The notes under the pieces: model-generated
Database searches by the model: none
The model's input: only the letters and a program-made list of their open reading frames with translations
What the model was told of the DNA's origin: nothing
Made by a program: the position numbers and the translations under genes
Origin: Hydrurus foetidus
Lineage: Eukaryota
Assembly: GCA_900617105.1 (NCBI GenBank)
Contig: UYFQ01000141.1
Coordinates: 48,055-68,054, forward strand
Direction: 5' to 3'
DNA: 20,000 nt
Shown here: positions 7,668 to 17,356 of the stretch, one piece after another
Layout of the letters: every line of letters begins with the position of its first letter
Position numbering within the stretch: position 1 is the stretch's first letter

Positions 7668-8618
7668 ATGACAACGACATACAAGGGCCTGGTTGCCGTG
7701 CTGGTGCTCAGCCTGGCCGCCGTGAGCGGTGCACAGGCGAGGGAGCTGGTGTTGGGTTTTGCCCAGATTGGCGCCGAAAGCCAATGGCGCATTGCCAACA
7801 GCCGCTCCATCCAGGAGTCTGCCGCTACGGCAAATATCACCCTGAAGTTTGTGGACGCCGACGGGCAACAGGCCAACCAGGTCAAGGCCATCCGCAGCTT
7901 TATCGAGCAAAAAGTGGATGTGATTGCATTGGCACCGGTGGTGACTACCGGCTGGGACGAGGTGCTAGCCGAAGCACGCAAGGCCCATATTCCCGTCATC
8001 CTGACGGACCGCAGCATCGACACCCGGGACGACGGTCTGTATGCAACCTTCTTGGGTTCGGACTTTGCTGAGGAAGGACGTCGCGCAGGGCGTTGGTTGC
8101 TACGCAATGCGAAGCCCACGGGGGAGGTGCGCATTGTGGAACTGCAGGGATCAACCGGCTCCGCTCCCGCCATTGAGCGCAAGCGCGGCTTCGACGAGGT
8201 GATCCGCGCCGACGCCCGTTTCAAGGTCGTGCAGTCGAAAACGGCCGACTTCACCAAGTCCAAGGGCAAGGAAGTCATGGCCGGCTTTCTGAAGGCCGAA
8301 GGCAAGACCATTCAGGTGGTGTACGCCCACAACGATGACATGGCGATAGGTGCCATTCAGGCGCTGGAGGAGGCGGGCCTCAAGCCTGCCAAGGACGTGC
8401 TGGTGATTGGGGTAGATGCGGTCAAAGGGGCGTTTGACGCCATGGTGGCCGGCAAGATGAACGTCACAGTGGAGTGCACGCCGTTGATTGGCCCCCAGCT
8501 CATGGACCTGGTGCGCTATGTCTCCCAAGGCAAGCCGGTGCCCAAGCGGGTGCAAAGCCTGGAAGGTGTCTTCACCATGGAAACCGCCGCCCGCGAATAC
8601 GACAAGCGCAAGTACTAG
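7668..8618 (+). CDS. Sugar ABC transporter substrate-binding protein (YtfQ/RbsB-like)
   Basis: Signal peptide plus GFAQIGAESQWR, QVKAIRSFI, IPVILTDR, GSDFAEEG and AHNDDMAIGAIQA motifs typical of YtfQ-like proteins. Confidence 0.9.
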   Translation: MTTTYKGLVAVLVLSLAAVSGAQARELVLGFAQIGAESQWRIANSRSIQESAATANITLKFVDADGQQANQVKAIRSFIEQKVDVIALAPVVTTGWDEVLAEARKAHIPVILTDRSIDTRDDGLYATFLGSDFAEEGRRAGRWLLRNAKPTGEVRIVELQGSTGSAPAIERKRGFDEVIRADARFKVVQSKTADFTKSKGKEVMAGFLKAEGKTIQVVYAHNDDMAIGAIQALEEAGLKPAKDVLVIGVDAVKGAFDAMVAGKMNVTVECTPLIGPQLMDLVRYVSQGKPVPKRVQSLEGVFTMETAAREYDKRKY

Positions 8619-8648
8619 CGCACCGTGCCCGCAGTACTTGCGGCGGGT

Positions 8649-9557
8649 TTATTTGTTGGCCTGTACCATCTTCATCGCTGTAGCGATGAGGGTGGAGACT
8701 TCACTCATATTGGCCGGGATGATGAGCGTGGTGGTCGCATCAGCCGCGACCTTGCTGTAAGCTTCCACCGCCTTTTCTGCGACCTTGAGTTGCACCGCCT
8801 GTTCGCCACCGGGTTGGCGAATCGCGCTGGCAATGCGCTCAATCGCCGCTGCAGTCGCTTCGGCCACTGCGGTGATAGACGCCGCTTCGCCTGCCGCCTT
8901 GTTGATCACGGCCTGCTTCTCGCCTTCGGAGCGGGCAATGAAAGCCTCGCGTTCACCGGTGGCGATGTTGATCTGTTCCTGACGACGGCCTTCGGACGCC
9001 GCAATCAGTGCGCGCTTCTCGCGTTCGGCGGTAATCTGTGCCTGCATGGCATGCAAAATTGCTGGTGGTGGTGTCAGGTCCTTGATTTCGTAGCGCAGCA
9101 CCTTCACACCCCAGTTCAGCGCGGCTTCGTCAATCGCGGCTACGACTTGGGCGTTGATGATGTCGCGCTCTTCAAACGTCTTGTCCAGCTCCAACTTGCC
9201 AATCACGGAGCGCAGTGTGGTTTGCGCCAATTGGGTGATGGCCATGATGTAGTTCGACGAGCCGTAGCTGGCACGCATCGGGTCAGTGACTTGGAAATAC
9301 AAAATCCCGTCTACTTGCAACTGCGTGTTGTCGCGGGTGATGCAGACCTGGCTGGGCACATCGAGCGCGATTTCTTTCAGCGAATGCTTGTAGGCCACGT
9401 TGTCCACAAAGGGCACCAAGATGTTCAGCCCTGGTGTCAGCGTGCTGTGGTATTTGCCCAGCCGCTCAACGACCCAGGCGTTTTGCTGCGGCACCACTTT
9501 GAGTGATCGGACGATGAAGATAACGGCAATAACCAGCAGAATAAGTGCAAATTCCAT
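8649..9557 (-). CDS. qmcA: SPFH/Band 7 stomatin-like membrane protein (QmcA/paraslipin family)
   Basis: N-terminal TM, then VVERLGKY, CITRDN, AQTTLRSVIG, WGVKVLRYEIKD and QITAEREKRA motifs. Confidence 0.9.
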   Translation of the reverse strand: MEFALILLVIAVIFIVRSLKVVPQQNAWVVERLGKYHSTLTPGLNILVPFVDNVAYKHSLKEIALDVPSQVCITRDNTQLQVDGILYFQVTDPMRASYGSSNYIMAITQLAQTTLRSVIGKLELDKTFEERDIINAQVVAAIDEAALNWGVKVLRYEIKDLTPPPAILHAMQAQITAEREKRALIAASEGRRQEQINIATGEREAFIARSEGEKQAVINKAAGEAASITAVAEATAAAIERIASAIRQPGGEQAVQLKVAEKAVEAYSKVAADATTTLIIPANMSEVSTLIATAMKMVQANK

Positions 9558-9609
9558 AGCAAACTTTCTATAGTGAGTGAGCGGTAAAGCGAAAAAAATT
9601 AAAAATAAC

Positions 9610-10041
9610 TCAAAGGGTAGAGGGCGCCACTATCAAGCGGCTGCCCAGCACCTCAACAATGCGGTGCGTACCGGCCTGCGCAACGGCACCCGGCACGAGA
9701 CTGGCGGCCCAATCGGCACCTCGGTAGCGCACGGTGGTGTGCTGCGCGGCATCCCAAGCGTCTACCTGAACCGTGCCGCCAATGTCCATATTCACATCCT
9801 TGTTGGCCGTGGCCCGCAGCGTGGCCGGGCTGTGGGCTTTTTTCCAGTGCCACAAAGCGACTGCACCCCCACCCAGTAAGGCGGCGATAACAATTTGGGC
9901 CGTTACGCCCACGCCTGCATGGGCGGCCAGCGCACCGGCAGCAGCACCTATGGCGACCATCAGCAAGTAGAAGGTGCCCGTCAGCATTTCAATGCCTACC
10001 AAACCCCCTGCCAGTACCCACCACACCGTAGATTGACTCAT
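9610..10041 (-). CDS. NfeD-family short membrane protein (YbbJ-like)
   Basis: WWVLAG..EMLTGTFYLL TM segments and C-terminal OB-fold-like VRYRGADW. Canonical partner upstream of an SPFH gene. Confidence 0.9.
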   Translation of the reverse strand: MSQSTVWWVLAGGLVGIEMLTGTFYLLMVAIGAAAGALAAHAGVGVTAQIVIAALLGGGAVALWHWKKAHSPATLRATANKDVNMDIGGTVQVDAWDAAQHTTVRYRGADWAASLVPGAVAQAGTHRIVEVLGSRLIVAPSTL

Positions 10042-10199
10042 TTTCTAACCCCCTTTGTTTGTGCTTTGTCTGTGATGCGCCACATTTTGTGCCCAAACGG
10101 CGGGGATGCAAGGCGCATTGGTTTATTTGACTTATTAATTCCTTACACTTCGCCCCTCTTATATCAATTTGGCCCACGCCTTGCCTCTCGGAGCGCTGC

Positions 10200-12519
10200 A
10201 TGAAATTTCGCTTTCCCATCGTCATCATTGATGAAGACTTTCGCACCGACAACACCTCGGGCCTCGGTATCCGTGCGTTGGCTGATGCGATCACGAGCGA
10301 AGGTTTCGAGGTGCTGGGTGTCACCAGTTATGGTGATTTGAGCCAGTTTGCGCAGCAGCAATCTCGCGCCAGTGCCTTCATTTTGTCGATTGACGATGAA
10401 GAATTCACCCCTGGCCCTGATCTGGATCCTGCGGTGCTTAACCTGCGCACCTTCATCGAAGAGGTGCGCCGTAAAAATCTGGATGTGCCCATCTACGTTT
10501 ACGGCGAAACCAAGACCTCGCGCCACATTCCCAACGACATCTTGCGTGAGCTGCATGGCTTCATCCACATGTTTGAGGACACGCCCGAGTTCGTGGCCCG
10601 CCACATCATCCGCGAAGCCAAAAGCTACCTGGAAAGCGTGCAGCCGCCGTTCTTCAAAGCCTTGCTGGACTACGCCGAAGACGGCTCGTACTCTTGGCAC
10701 TGCCCCGGCCATTCCGGTGGTGTTGCCTTCCTGAAAAGCCCGGTTGGCCAGATGTTCCATCAGTTTTTCGGTGAGAACATGCTGCGTGCTGACGTGTGCA
10801 ATGCCGTGGAAGAGTTGGGTCAGCTGCTTGACCACACGGGCCCTATCGCCGCGTCTGAGCGCAATGCTGCGCGTATCTTCAACGCTGACCACTGCTTCTT
10901 TGTCACCAACGGCACCAGCACCAGCAACAAGATGGTCTGGCACCACACCGTCGCCCCTGGTGACGTGGTGGTGGTTGACCGCAACTGCCACAAATCCAAC
11001 CTGCACGCCATCATCATGACCGGGGCCATCCCCGTGTTTTTGAAGCCCACGCGCAACCATTTCGGCATCATCGGCCCGATTCCGCAAAGCGAGTTCGAGC
11101 CTGAAGCCATCAAGGCCAAAATCCGCGCCAACCCACTGCTCAAAGGTGTGGATGCCGATACCGTCAAGCCGCGCATCATGACGCTGACGCAAAGCACTTA
11201 CGACGGCGTGATCTACAACACCGAAACCATCAAGAACATGCTTGATGGCTACGTGGACACGCTGCACTTTGACGAAGCATGGCTGCCCCACGCCGCCTTC
11301 CACCCCTTCTACGGCCCCTACCACGCGATGGGCAAGAAGCGGGCGCGGCCCAAAGAGGCGCTGGTGTTCTCCACTCAATCCACCCACAAACTGCTGGCCG
11401 GCATCAGCCAAGCCAGCCATGTCCTGGTGCAGGATTCGCAAAACCGCAAGCTGGACCGCCATCTGTTCAACGAAGCGTATTTGATGCACACCAGCACCAG
11501 CCCGCAGTACGCCATCATCGCCAGCTGCGACGTGGCCGCCGCCATGATGGAGCCACCCGGCGGCACCGCGCTGGTTGAAGAGTCGATCATGGAAGCGCTG
11601 GATTTCCGCCGCGCCATGCGCAAGGTGGACGAGGAATACGGCAACGACTGGTGGTTCAAAGTCTGGGGGCCAGACACGCTGGTGGAAGAGGGCATTGGCC
11701 GCGCTGATGCCTGGATCATCAAAGGTGAGAAAGCCGAAAAAGCAGAGAAAGCCACCAAGCGCAGCAGCAAAAAAGCCAACGCCACCACCGCCGCCAATTG
11801 GCACGGTTTTGGCGATTTGGCCGATGGCTTCAACATGCTTGACCCCATCAAATCCACCATCGTCACCCCCGGTTTGGATTTGAACGGCAAGTTTGCACCC
11901 ACCGGCATCCCCGCCAGCATCGTCACCAAATTCTTGGCGGAACACGGTGTGATCGTGGAGAAGACGGGTCTGTACAGCTTCTTCATCATGTTCACCATCG
12001 GCATCACCAAGGGCCGCTGGAACTCGCTGCTGACGGCCTTGCAGCAGTTCAAAGACGACTACGACAAGAACCAGCCCATGTGGCGCATCCTGCCCGAGTT
12101 TGCCAAGCCCACAAACGCTACGAGCGCATGGGTTTGGCCGACCTGTGCCACAGCATGTGCATGGGATGTATGCCAAGTACGACATCGCCCGCTTGACGAC
12201 CGAGATGTACTTAAGCGATCTGACTCCCGCCATGAAGCCCAGCGATGCCTACGCCCATATTGCCCTGCGCAAGACCGAGCGCGTGGAAATCGACCACCTG
12301 GAAGGCCGTGTGTCGGTCGGCATGGTGACCCCGTACCCGCCCGGCATCCCCTTGCTGATTCCCGGCGAAGTGTTCAACAAGAAAGTGGTGGACTACCTGA
12401 AGTTCTCCCGCGAGTTCAACGCACATTGCCCCGGCTTTGAGACCGATGTGCACGGCCTGGTGGACGAGATCGGCGACGACGGAAAGATGCACTACTACGC
12501 CGACTGCGTGAGGGTGTGA
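10200..12519 (+). CDS. PLP-dependent Orn/Lys/Arg decarboxylase with wing domain; frameshifted near 12100 and 12149 as written
   Basis: SWHCPGHSGG, FVTNGTSTSN, DRNCHKS, HFDEAW and STHKLL (PLP Lys) motifs. The C-terminus (YDIARLTTEMY..PYPPGIPLL..PGFETDVHG) is in ORF 12100..12519, and a third frame reads CQAHKRYERMGLADLC between the two shifts. Confidence 0.92.
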
Positions 12520-12525
12520 TACAAA

Positions 12526-12558
12526 AATAGCGCCAGTGCAGATTGCACTGGCGCTATT
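12526..12558. terminator. Probable bidirectional terminator hairpin between the convergent decarboxylase and fabI genes
   Basis: AATAGCGCCAGTGCA-GAT-TGCACTGGCGCTATT: 15-bp perfect stem with an A-rich 5' flank and T-rich 3' flank. Confidence 0.8.
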
Positions 12559-12614
12559 ATTTTAGGAGCTTCTCGCGCAGAGTCTACGCGGGCTAGAGCC
12601 CTATTGGGCTTGAA
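12553..12614 (+). repeat. Short dispersed repeat (REP/MITE-like), intergenic copy
   Basis: Positions 12553-12597 match the reverse complement of 17787-17831 at 36/45 nt without gaps, by manual alignment. Weaker similarity continues for about 15 nt. Confidence 0.75.
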
Positions 12615-12618
12615 ACTC

Positions 12619-13419
12619 TCAGGCCAGATCGGTGGTCACGCCCATCGTCCGGCTGTAGCCGCCATCCACAAAGGTGATCTCGGCGGTGACGCCACCGGCC
12701 AGGTCGCTCAGCAAAAATGCCGCCACATTACCCACATCCTCGATCGTCACGTTGCGACGGATCGGCGAGGCATCGGCCACGGTGTGCAGCAGCTTTGAAA
12801 AATCCTTGATGCCGCTGGCCGCCAAAGTCTTGATGGGGCCGGCGCTGATGCCGTTGACGCGGATGCCACGGCCATCCGCTGTGCGGCCCACGGCTTCGGC
12901 CAGGTAGCGCACGCTGGCTTCCAGCGATGCCTTGGCCAAGCCCATGGTGTTGTAGTTGGGGATGATGCGATCGGCACCCAGATAGGTCAGCGTCAGCAGC
13001 GCGGCCTTGTCGTTCAGGTGGGGCAGGGCGGCTTTGGCCATGGCGGGGAAGCTGTAGGCACTGATATCGTGGGCGATCTTGAAGTTCTCGCGCGTCAGTC
13101 CGTCCAGGAAATTGCCGGCAATGGCTTCGCGGGGAGCAAAACCAATGCTGTGCACAAAGCCGTCGAACGTGGGCCAATGGGCCGACAGATCGGTGAACAG
13201 CTGGGCAATCTGGGCATCGTCGCCCACGTCGCAGTCAAAGATCAGTTTGGAATCAAAGTCGGCCGCAAACTCGGTAATGCGGTCTTTGAAACGCTGGCCC
13301 ACGTAGCTGAATGCCAGCTCGGCACCTTGTGCCTTGCAGGCCTTGGCGATGCCGTACGCAATGGAGCGGTTCGACAACACCCCGGTGATCAACAATTTCT
13401 TGCCTGCTAAAAAGCCCAT
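12619..13419 (-). CDS. fabI: Enoyl-ACP reductase FabI
   Basis: [25 protein letters not shown] start, HSIGFAP, catalytic YNTMGLAK and [11 protein letters not shown] motifs. ATG at 13419 follows a GAGG RBS. Confidence 0.97.
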   Translation of the reverse strand: MGFLAGKKLLITGVLSNRSIAYGIAKACKAQGAELAFSYVGQRFKDRITEFAADFDSKLIFDCDVGDDAQIAQLFTDLSAHWPTFDGFVHSIGFAPREAIAGNFLDGLTRENFKIAHDISAYSFPAMAKAALPHLNDKAALLTLTYLGADRIIPNYNTMGLAKASLEASVRYLAEAVGRTADGRGIRVNGISAGPIKTLAASGIKDFSKLLHTVADASPIRRNVTIEDVGNVAAFLLSDLAGGVTAEITFVDGGYSRTMGVTTDLA

Positions 13420-13464
13420 ATCGTCCTCGTGAAAAAATTGCTCGGTCTGGTGCAGAATTGTCGC

Positions 13465-15274
13465 ATGCGAATTTTGGCAGGCTGGTTGTTGACGTTGGGC
13501 AGTGTGTGGGCCTCGGGTGCGTGGGCGGCGCACGGCTATGCGCTGTGGGGCGACCTGAAGTACCCCGCCGGCTTTGCGCAGTTTGATTACGCCAATGGCA
13601 GCGCACCCAAGGGCGGTGAGTTGCGCCTGGTAAGCAACCTGCGGGTCTCCACCTATGACAAGTACAACCCATTCACCATCAAGGGCACGGCCCCAGCGTA
13701 TTTGAGTGGGCTGATGTTTGACACGCTGCTGGTGGGCTCGCTGGACGAAACTGCCGCTGGCTATGGTTTGCTGGCCGAAGATGTGAGTGTGGGGGCCGAT
13801 GGCCTGAGCGCCACTTTCCGTTTGCGCAAAGAGGCGCGCTTTCACAATGGGGACCCGGTGCTTGCGCTTGACGTGAAACACAGCTATGACACCCTGGTTG
13901 GCCCGTTCACCTCGCCCGCCTACAAGAGTCTGCTCGACGATGTAGCGGGCGTGGATGTGCTGGATGCCACCTCGGTCCGCTACCGTTTCAAGAAACCGAA
14001 TCGTGAATTACCGCTGACCGTGGGTGGCCTGCCGGTCTTCAGCCACCGTTGGGGTGAGGACGGTGGCAAGGCCAAGCCCTTTGACCAAGTGGTGATGGAC
14101 ATCCCGATTGGCAGCGGCCCCTACAAGATCGGGCCGGTGGTGTTTGGCAAGGACGTTACCTACACCCGTGACGCCGCTACTGGGCCGAGCAGGGGGCGAA
14201 TTTGTGCGCCGGGGCAGCGCAACTTTGACCGCATCACCTATAAAGACTATCTGGACGAGACGGCACGCTTGGAGGGCCTGCGGGCGGGGGAGTTTGATTT
14301 CATGCGCTTCATCTCGGCGGCGACTGGGCACGGCAGTCAACGGCCGCCAATTTGACAGGCGAGCTGGTCAAGCCGGCGTTCAAAACCGCAACCCTGGGGC
14401 TTTTCAGGGCTATGTCTTCAACCTGCGCAACCCGAAATTCCAAGACCTGCGAGTGCGCCGGCGCTGGGTTTGGCGATGGATTTCGAGTGGCTGAACCGGC
14501 AGCTGTTTTACGGTCTGTACAAGCGTGTGGAAGGTTATTACCCGAACAGCGATTTCCACGCCGAGGGCTTGCCCCAAGCCGATGAACTGGCGTTGTTAGA
14601 GCCGCTGCGCCAAAAGCTGCCCCACCGTGTTTGGCCCAGCTTTTTTGCCCCCAGCACCAACCCGCCATCCAGCCTGCGTGACAACCTGCGCCAAGCGCAG
14701 AAGTGCTGCACGATGCGGGTGGGATTACAAAGACGGGGCATTACGCAATGCCAAAGGCGACGCCTTCACTATCGAGTTTTTGAGCGATCAGCCTAGCTTG
14801 GTTCGGGTGCGTGGGGCCGCGCAATCTGGAAAAATTAGGCATCCAGCTCAACTTACCGCGTGGTGGATTATTCGCTGTCCAAGCAAAAGATGGATGCGTT
14901 TGATTTTGAAATGACCAGCCTGCGCTTGCCCGGCTCCACCGCCCCTGGCGGAATGAGCTGCCGAGCTGTTCGGCTCCAAAGCCGCCACCACACCGGGTTC
15001 ATCCAATATCTGGGGTATTGCCGATCCGGCTGTGGATGCGCTGCTGCTGGTGGTGACCGCCGCCACCCGCCCGCACTTGTTACTGCCATGCGTGCGTTAG
15101 ACCGCGTGCTGACGCATGGCCATTACTCGATTCCCCAGTGGTACGGCGATGCGTTCTTTGTCGGCTACCGGCCTGGGCAGTTTGTGTTACCCAAAGTCAT
15201 CCCGCCTTACTACAAAGTGGACACTTGGGCGGCCAGCACCTGGTGGGCCTCGCCCTCCAACTGGGTCAAAATAA
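13465..15274 (+). pseudogene. yejA: YejA-type peptide ABC substrate-binding protein with multiple frameshifts as written (probably assembly errors)
   Basis: Consecutive YejA segments lie in different frames: [34 protein letters not shown] (13465-14355), FQGYVFNLRNPKFQD (to 14494), MDFEWLNRQLFYG (14470-), GWDYKDGALRN (14627-), and FDFEM/RALDRVLTHGHYSIPQW..TWW (14860-). A TAA at 15272-15274 abuts the yejB ATG. Confidence 0.85.
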
Positions 15275-16308
15275 ATGGTCAGTTACATCCTCAAGCGCTT
15301 TGCACTCATGCTGCCCACCCTGCTGGGTATTTTGCTGCTGACCTTTGCCGTCATCCAGTTTGTACCCGGCGGCCCGGTGGAGCAAATGGTGTCGCGTTGC
15401 AAGGACGGGATTCGGGTGGCGAGCGTGCTGCCGCATCGGGCGCGGGCTACCGGGGCCGCCAAGGCGTGGACGAGAAGCGCATTGCTGAGATCCGCCAGCT
15501 TTACGGCTTCGACAAGCCAGCCCACGAGCGCTTTATCCAAATGCTCGGCCAGTTCGCTCGGTTTGACATGGGTAAAAGCTTCTATCAGCACAAAGACGTG
15601 TGGGCGTTGGTCAAAGAAAAAATGCCGGTGTCCATCAGTCTGGGGCTGTGGACGTTCTTCATCAGCTACCTGATCGCCGTGCCGCTGGGGGTCGCCAAAG
15701 CTGTGCGGGCGGGTTCGCGGTTTGACATGGTGACGACGCTGCTGGTGCTGGTCGGTTACGCCATTCCGGGCTTTGTGCTGGGTGTGGCGCTGCTGGTGAT
15801 TTTTGGCGGGCAGTTGCAGTGGTTCCCGCTGCGGGGGCTGACTTCAAGCAACTGGGAAACGCTGAGCTGGGGCGCACGGGTAACGGACTACCTTTGGCAT
15901 ATTGCCCTGCCCATCACCGCGATGGTTTTGGGCAGTTTCGCCGTGACCGCGATGCTGACCAAGAACGCGTTTCTAGAAGAAATCCGCAAGCAGTACGTGG
16001 TGACCGCGCGGGCCAAAGGCCTGTCGGAACGGCAGGTGCTGTGGAAGCATGTCTTCCGCAACGCGCTGATTCCCATCATCACGGGCTTTCCGGCTGCGTT
16101 TGTGGGCGCGTTTTTCACCGGGGCCCTGCTGATCGAAACCCAGTTTTCGCTGGATGGTATGGGCCTGCTGAGCTACGAAAGCGTGATCCGTCGTGACTAC
16201 CCCGTGGTCATGGGAACCCTCTACCTTTTTACGCTGATCGGCCTGGTTACCAAGCTGATTTCCGACCTCTGCTACGCCTGGGTGGACCCCCGTGTCACCT
16301 TTGACTGA
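15275..16308 (+). CDS. yejB: Peptide ABC transporter permease YejB, one frameshift near 15395
   Basis: MVSYILKRFALMLPTLLGI..QFVPGGPVEQ continues in another frame as YGFDKPAHERF..TARAKGLSE..HVFRNA..RRDYPVV..VDPRVTFD. Confidence 0.9.
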
Positions 16309-16312
16309 ACCC

Positions 16313-17356
16313 ATGCTGCCCAAACCCGCCATCAGCCAAAGCCCCAGCCGCCGCGCCTGGCAGCGCTTCCGGCGCAACCGCCTGGGCTTTGCCAGCCTGT
16401 TGATTTTTTGCGCGCTGGTGCTGGTCAGCCTGGCGGCCGAGTTAGTGTCCAACGACCGGCCGCTGGTGGTGGTCTACCAGGGGCACACCTACTGGCCCAT
16501 GGTGCGTGACTACCCCGAGACCACCTTTGGCGGTGACTTCGCCACACCCGCCGACTATCTGGACCCCTTTATTCAGCAACGCTTGGCCGAGCCCGGCAAC
16601 TGGGCGCTGTTTGCGCCCAACGTCTATGGCGCCAAGACCCTGAACTACTTCGCCCCTGCGCCAAATCCTGCCCCCCCCAGCCGCGCCAACTGGCTGGGCA
16701 CGGACGACCGGGGCCGCGATTTGCTGGCCCAGTTGATCTATGGCTTTCGGGTGAGTGTGTTGTTTGCGCTGGCGCTGACGTTCACGGGCGTGGTGCTGGG
16801 CGTGATTACGGGCGCTATTCAAGGCTTCTTCGGCGGCAAGACCGATCTGGCGTTTCAGCGCTTCATCGAAGTCTGGGGCGCCATGCCCGAGCTGTACCTG
16901 CTAATCATCTTCAGCGCCGTGTTTGCGCCCAGCATTGCGCTTTTGCTGGTGCTGCTGAGCCTCTTCGGCTGGATGGGGCTGTCCGACTATGTGCGGGCCG
17001 AGTTCTTGCGCAACCGCCAGCTCGACTACGTGCGCGCCGCTCGCGCGCTGGGCGTATCCAACTGGAAGATCATCACGCGCCATGTGCTGCCCAACAGCCT
17101 GACGCCAGTGGTCACCTTTTTGCCATTCCGCATGAGCGGCGCGATTCTGGCGCTCACCTCGCTGGACTTTTTGGGCCTGGGTGTTCCGCCGGGCACGCCT
17201 TCGCTGGGCGAATTGCTGTCGCAAGGCAAAAACAACATCGACGCGTGGTGGATTTCGCTGTCCACCTTTGCCGTGCTGGTTATCACGCTGTTGCTGCTCA
17301 CGCTAATGGGCGATGCCCTGCGCGATGCGCTTGACCCCCGAAAGGCCCAGGGATGA
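16313..17356 (+). CDS. yejE: Peptide ABC transporter permease YejE
   Basis: WQRFRRNRLG, YPETTFGGDF, WLGTDDRGRD, VRAEFLR, YVRAARALG and DALRDALDPRK motifs. Start uncertain (16292, 16301 or 16313). Confidence 0.92.
   Translation: MLPKPAISQSPSRRAWQRFRRNRLGFASLLIFCALVLVSLAAELVSNDRPLVVVYQGHTYWPMVRDYPETTFGGDFATPADYLDPFIQQRLAEPGNWALFAPNVYGAKTLNYFAPAPNPAPPSRANWLGTDDRGRDLLAQLIYGFRVSVLFALALTFTGVVLGVITGAIQGFFGGKTDLAFQRFIEVWGAMPELYLLIIFSAVFAPSIALLLVLLSLFGWMGLSDYVRAEFLRNRQLDYVRAARALGVSNWKIITRHVLPNSLTPVVTFLPFRMSGAILALTSLDFLGLGVPPGTPSLGELLSQGKNNIDAWWISLSTFAVLVITLLLLTLMGDALRDALDPRKAQG

Noticed and set aside
6220..8650. Integrative element or genomic island at tRNA-Ser
   Set aside because: No integrase, and by eye I found no duplicated tRNA 3' end (att site) downstream. 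Only the short promoter region is AT-rich.
8619..8655. Possible terminator between the convergent sugar SBP and SPFH genes
   Set aside because: Only a 5-bp core (CCGCA/TGCGG) with imperfect extension, too weak to call.
10127..10149. TTGACT...TACACT as a -35/-10 pair for the decarboxylase
   Set aside because: Spacing is 11 nt, incompatible with sigma70. The -10 alone may be real but is not supportable.
10164..12233. 689-aa antisense ORF, and similar ones at 4849..6183, 2633..3664, 8625..9506 and 1926..2705
   Set aside because: Shadow ORFs opposite well-conserved genes, expected from GC-rich codon bias. No recognisable motifs.
13420..13881. N-terminal extension making FabI 420 aa
   Set aside because: It overlaps yejA on the opposite strand. 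The canonical FabI start with RBS is at 13419.
14860..16308. 482-aa ORF that looks like a YejA C-terminus/YejB fusion
   Set aside because: It is explained by indels. A TAA-ATG junction at 15272-15277 and the real YejB N-terminus (MVSYILKRF) lie in another frame, so the linker is off-frame sequence.
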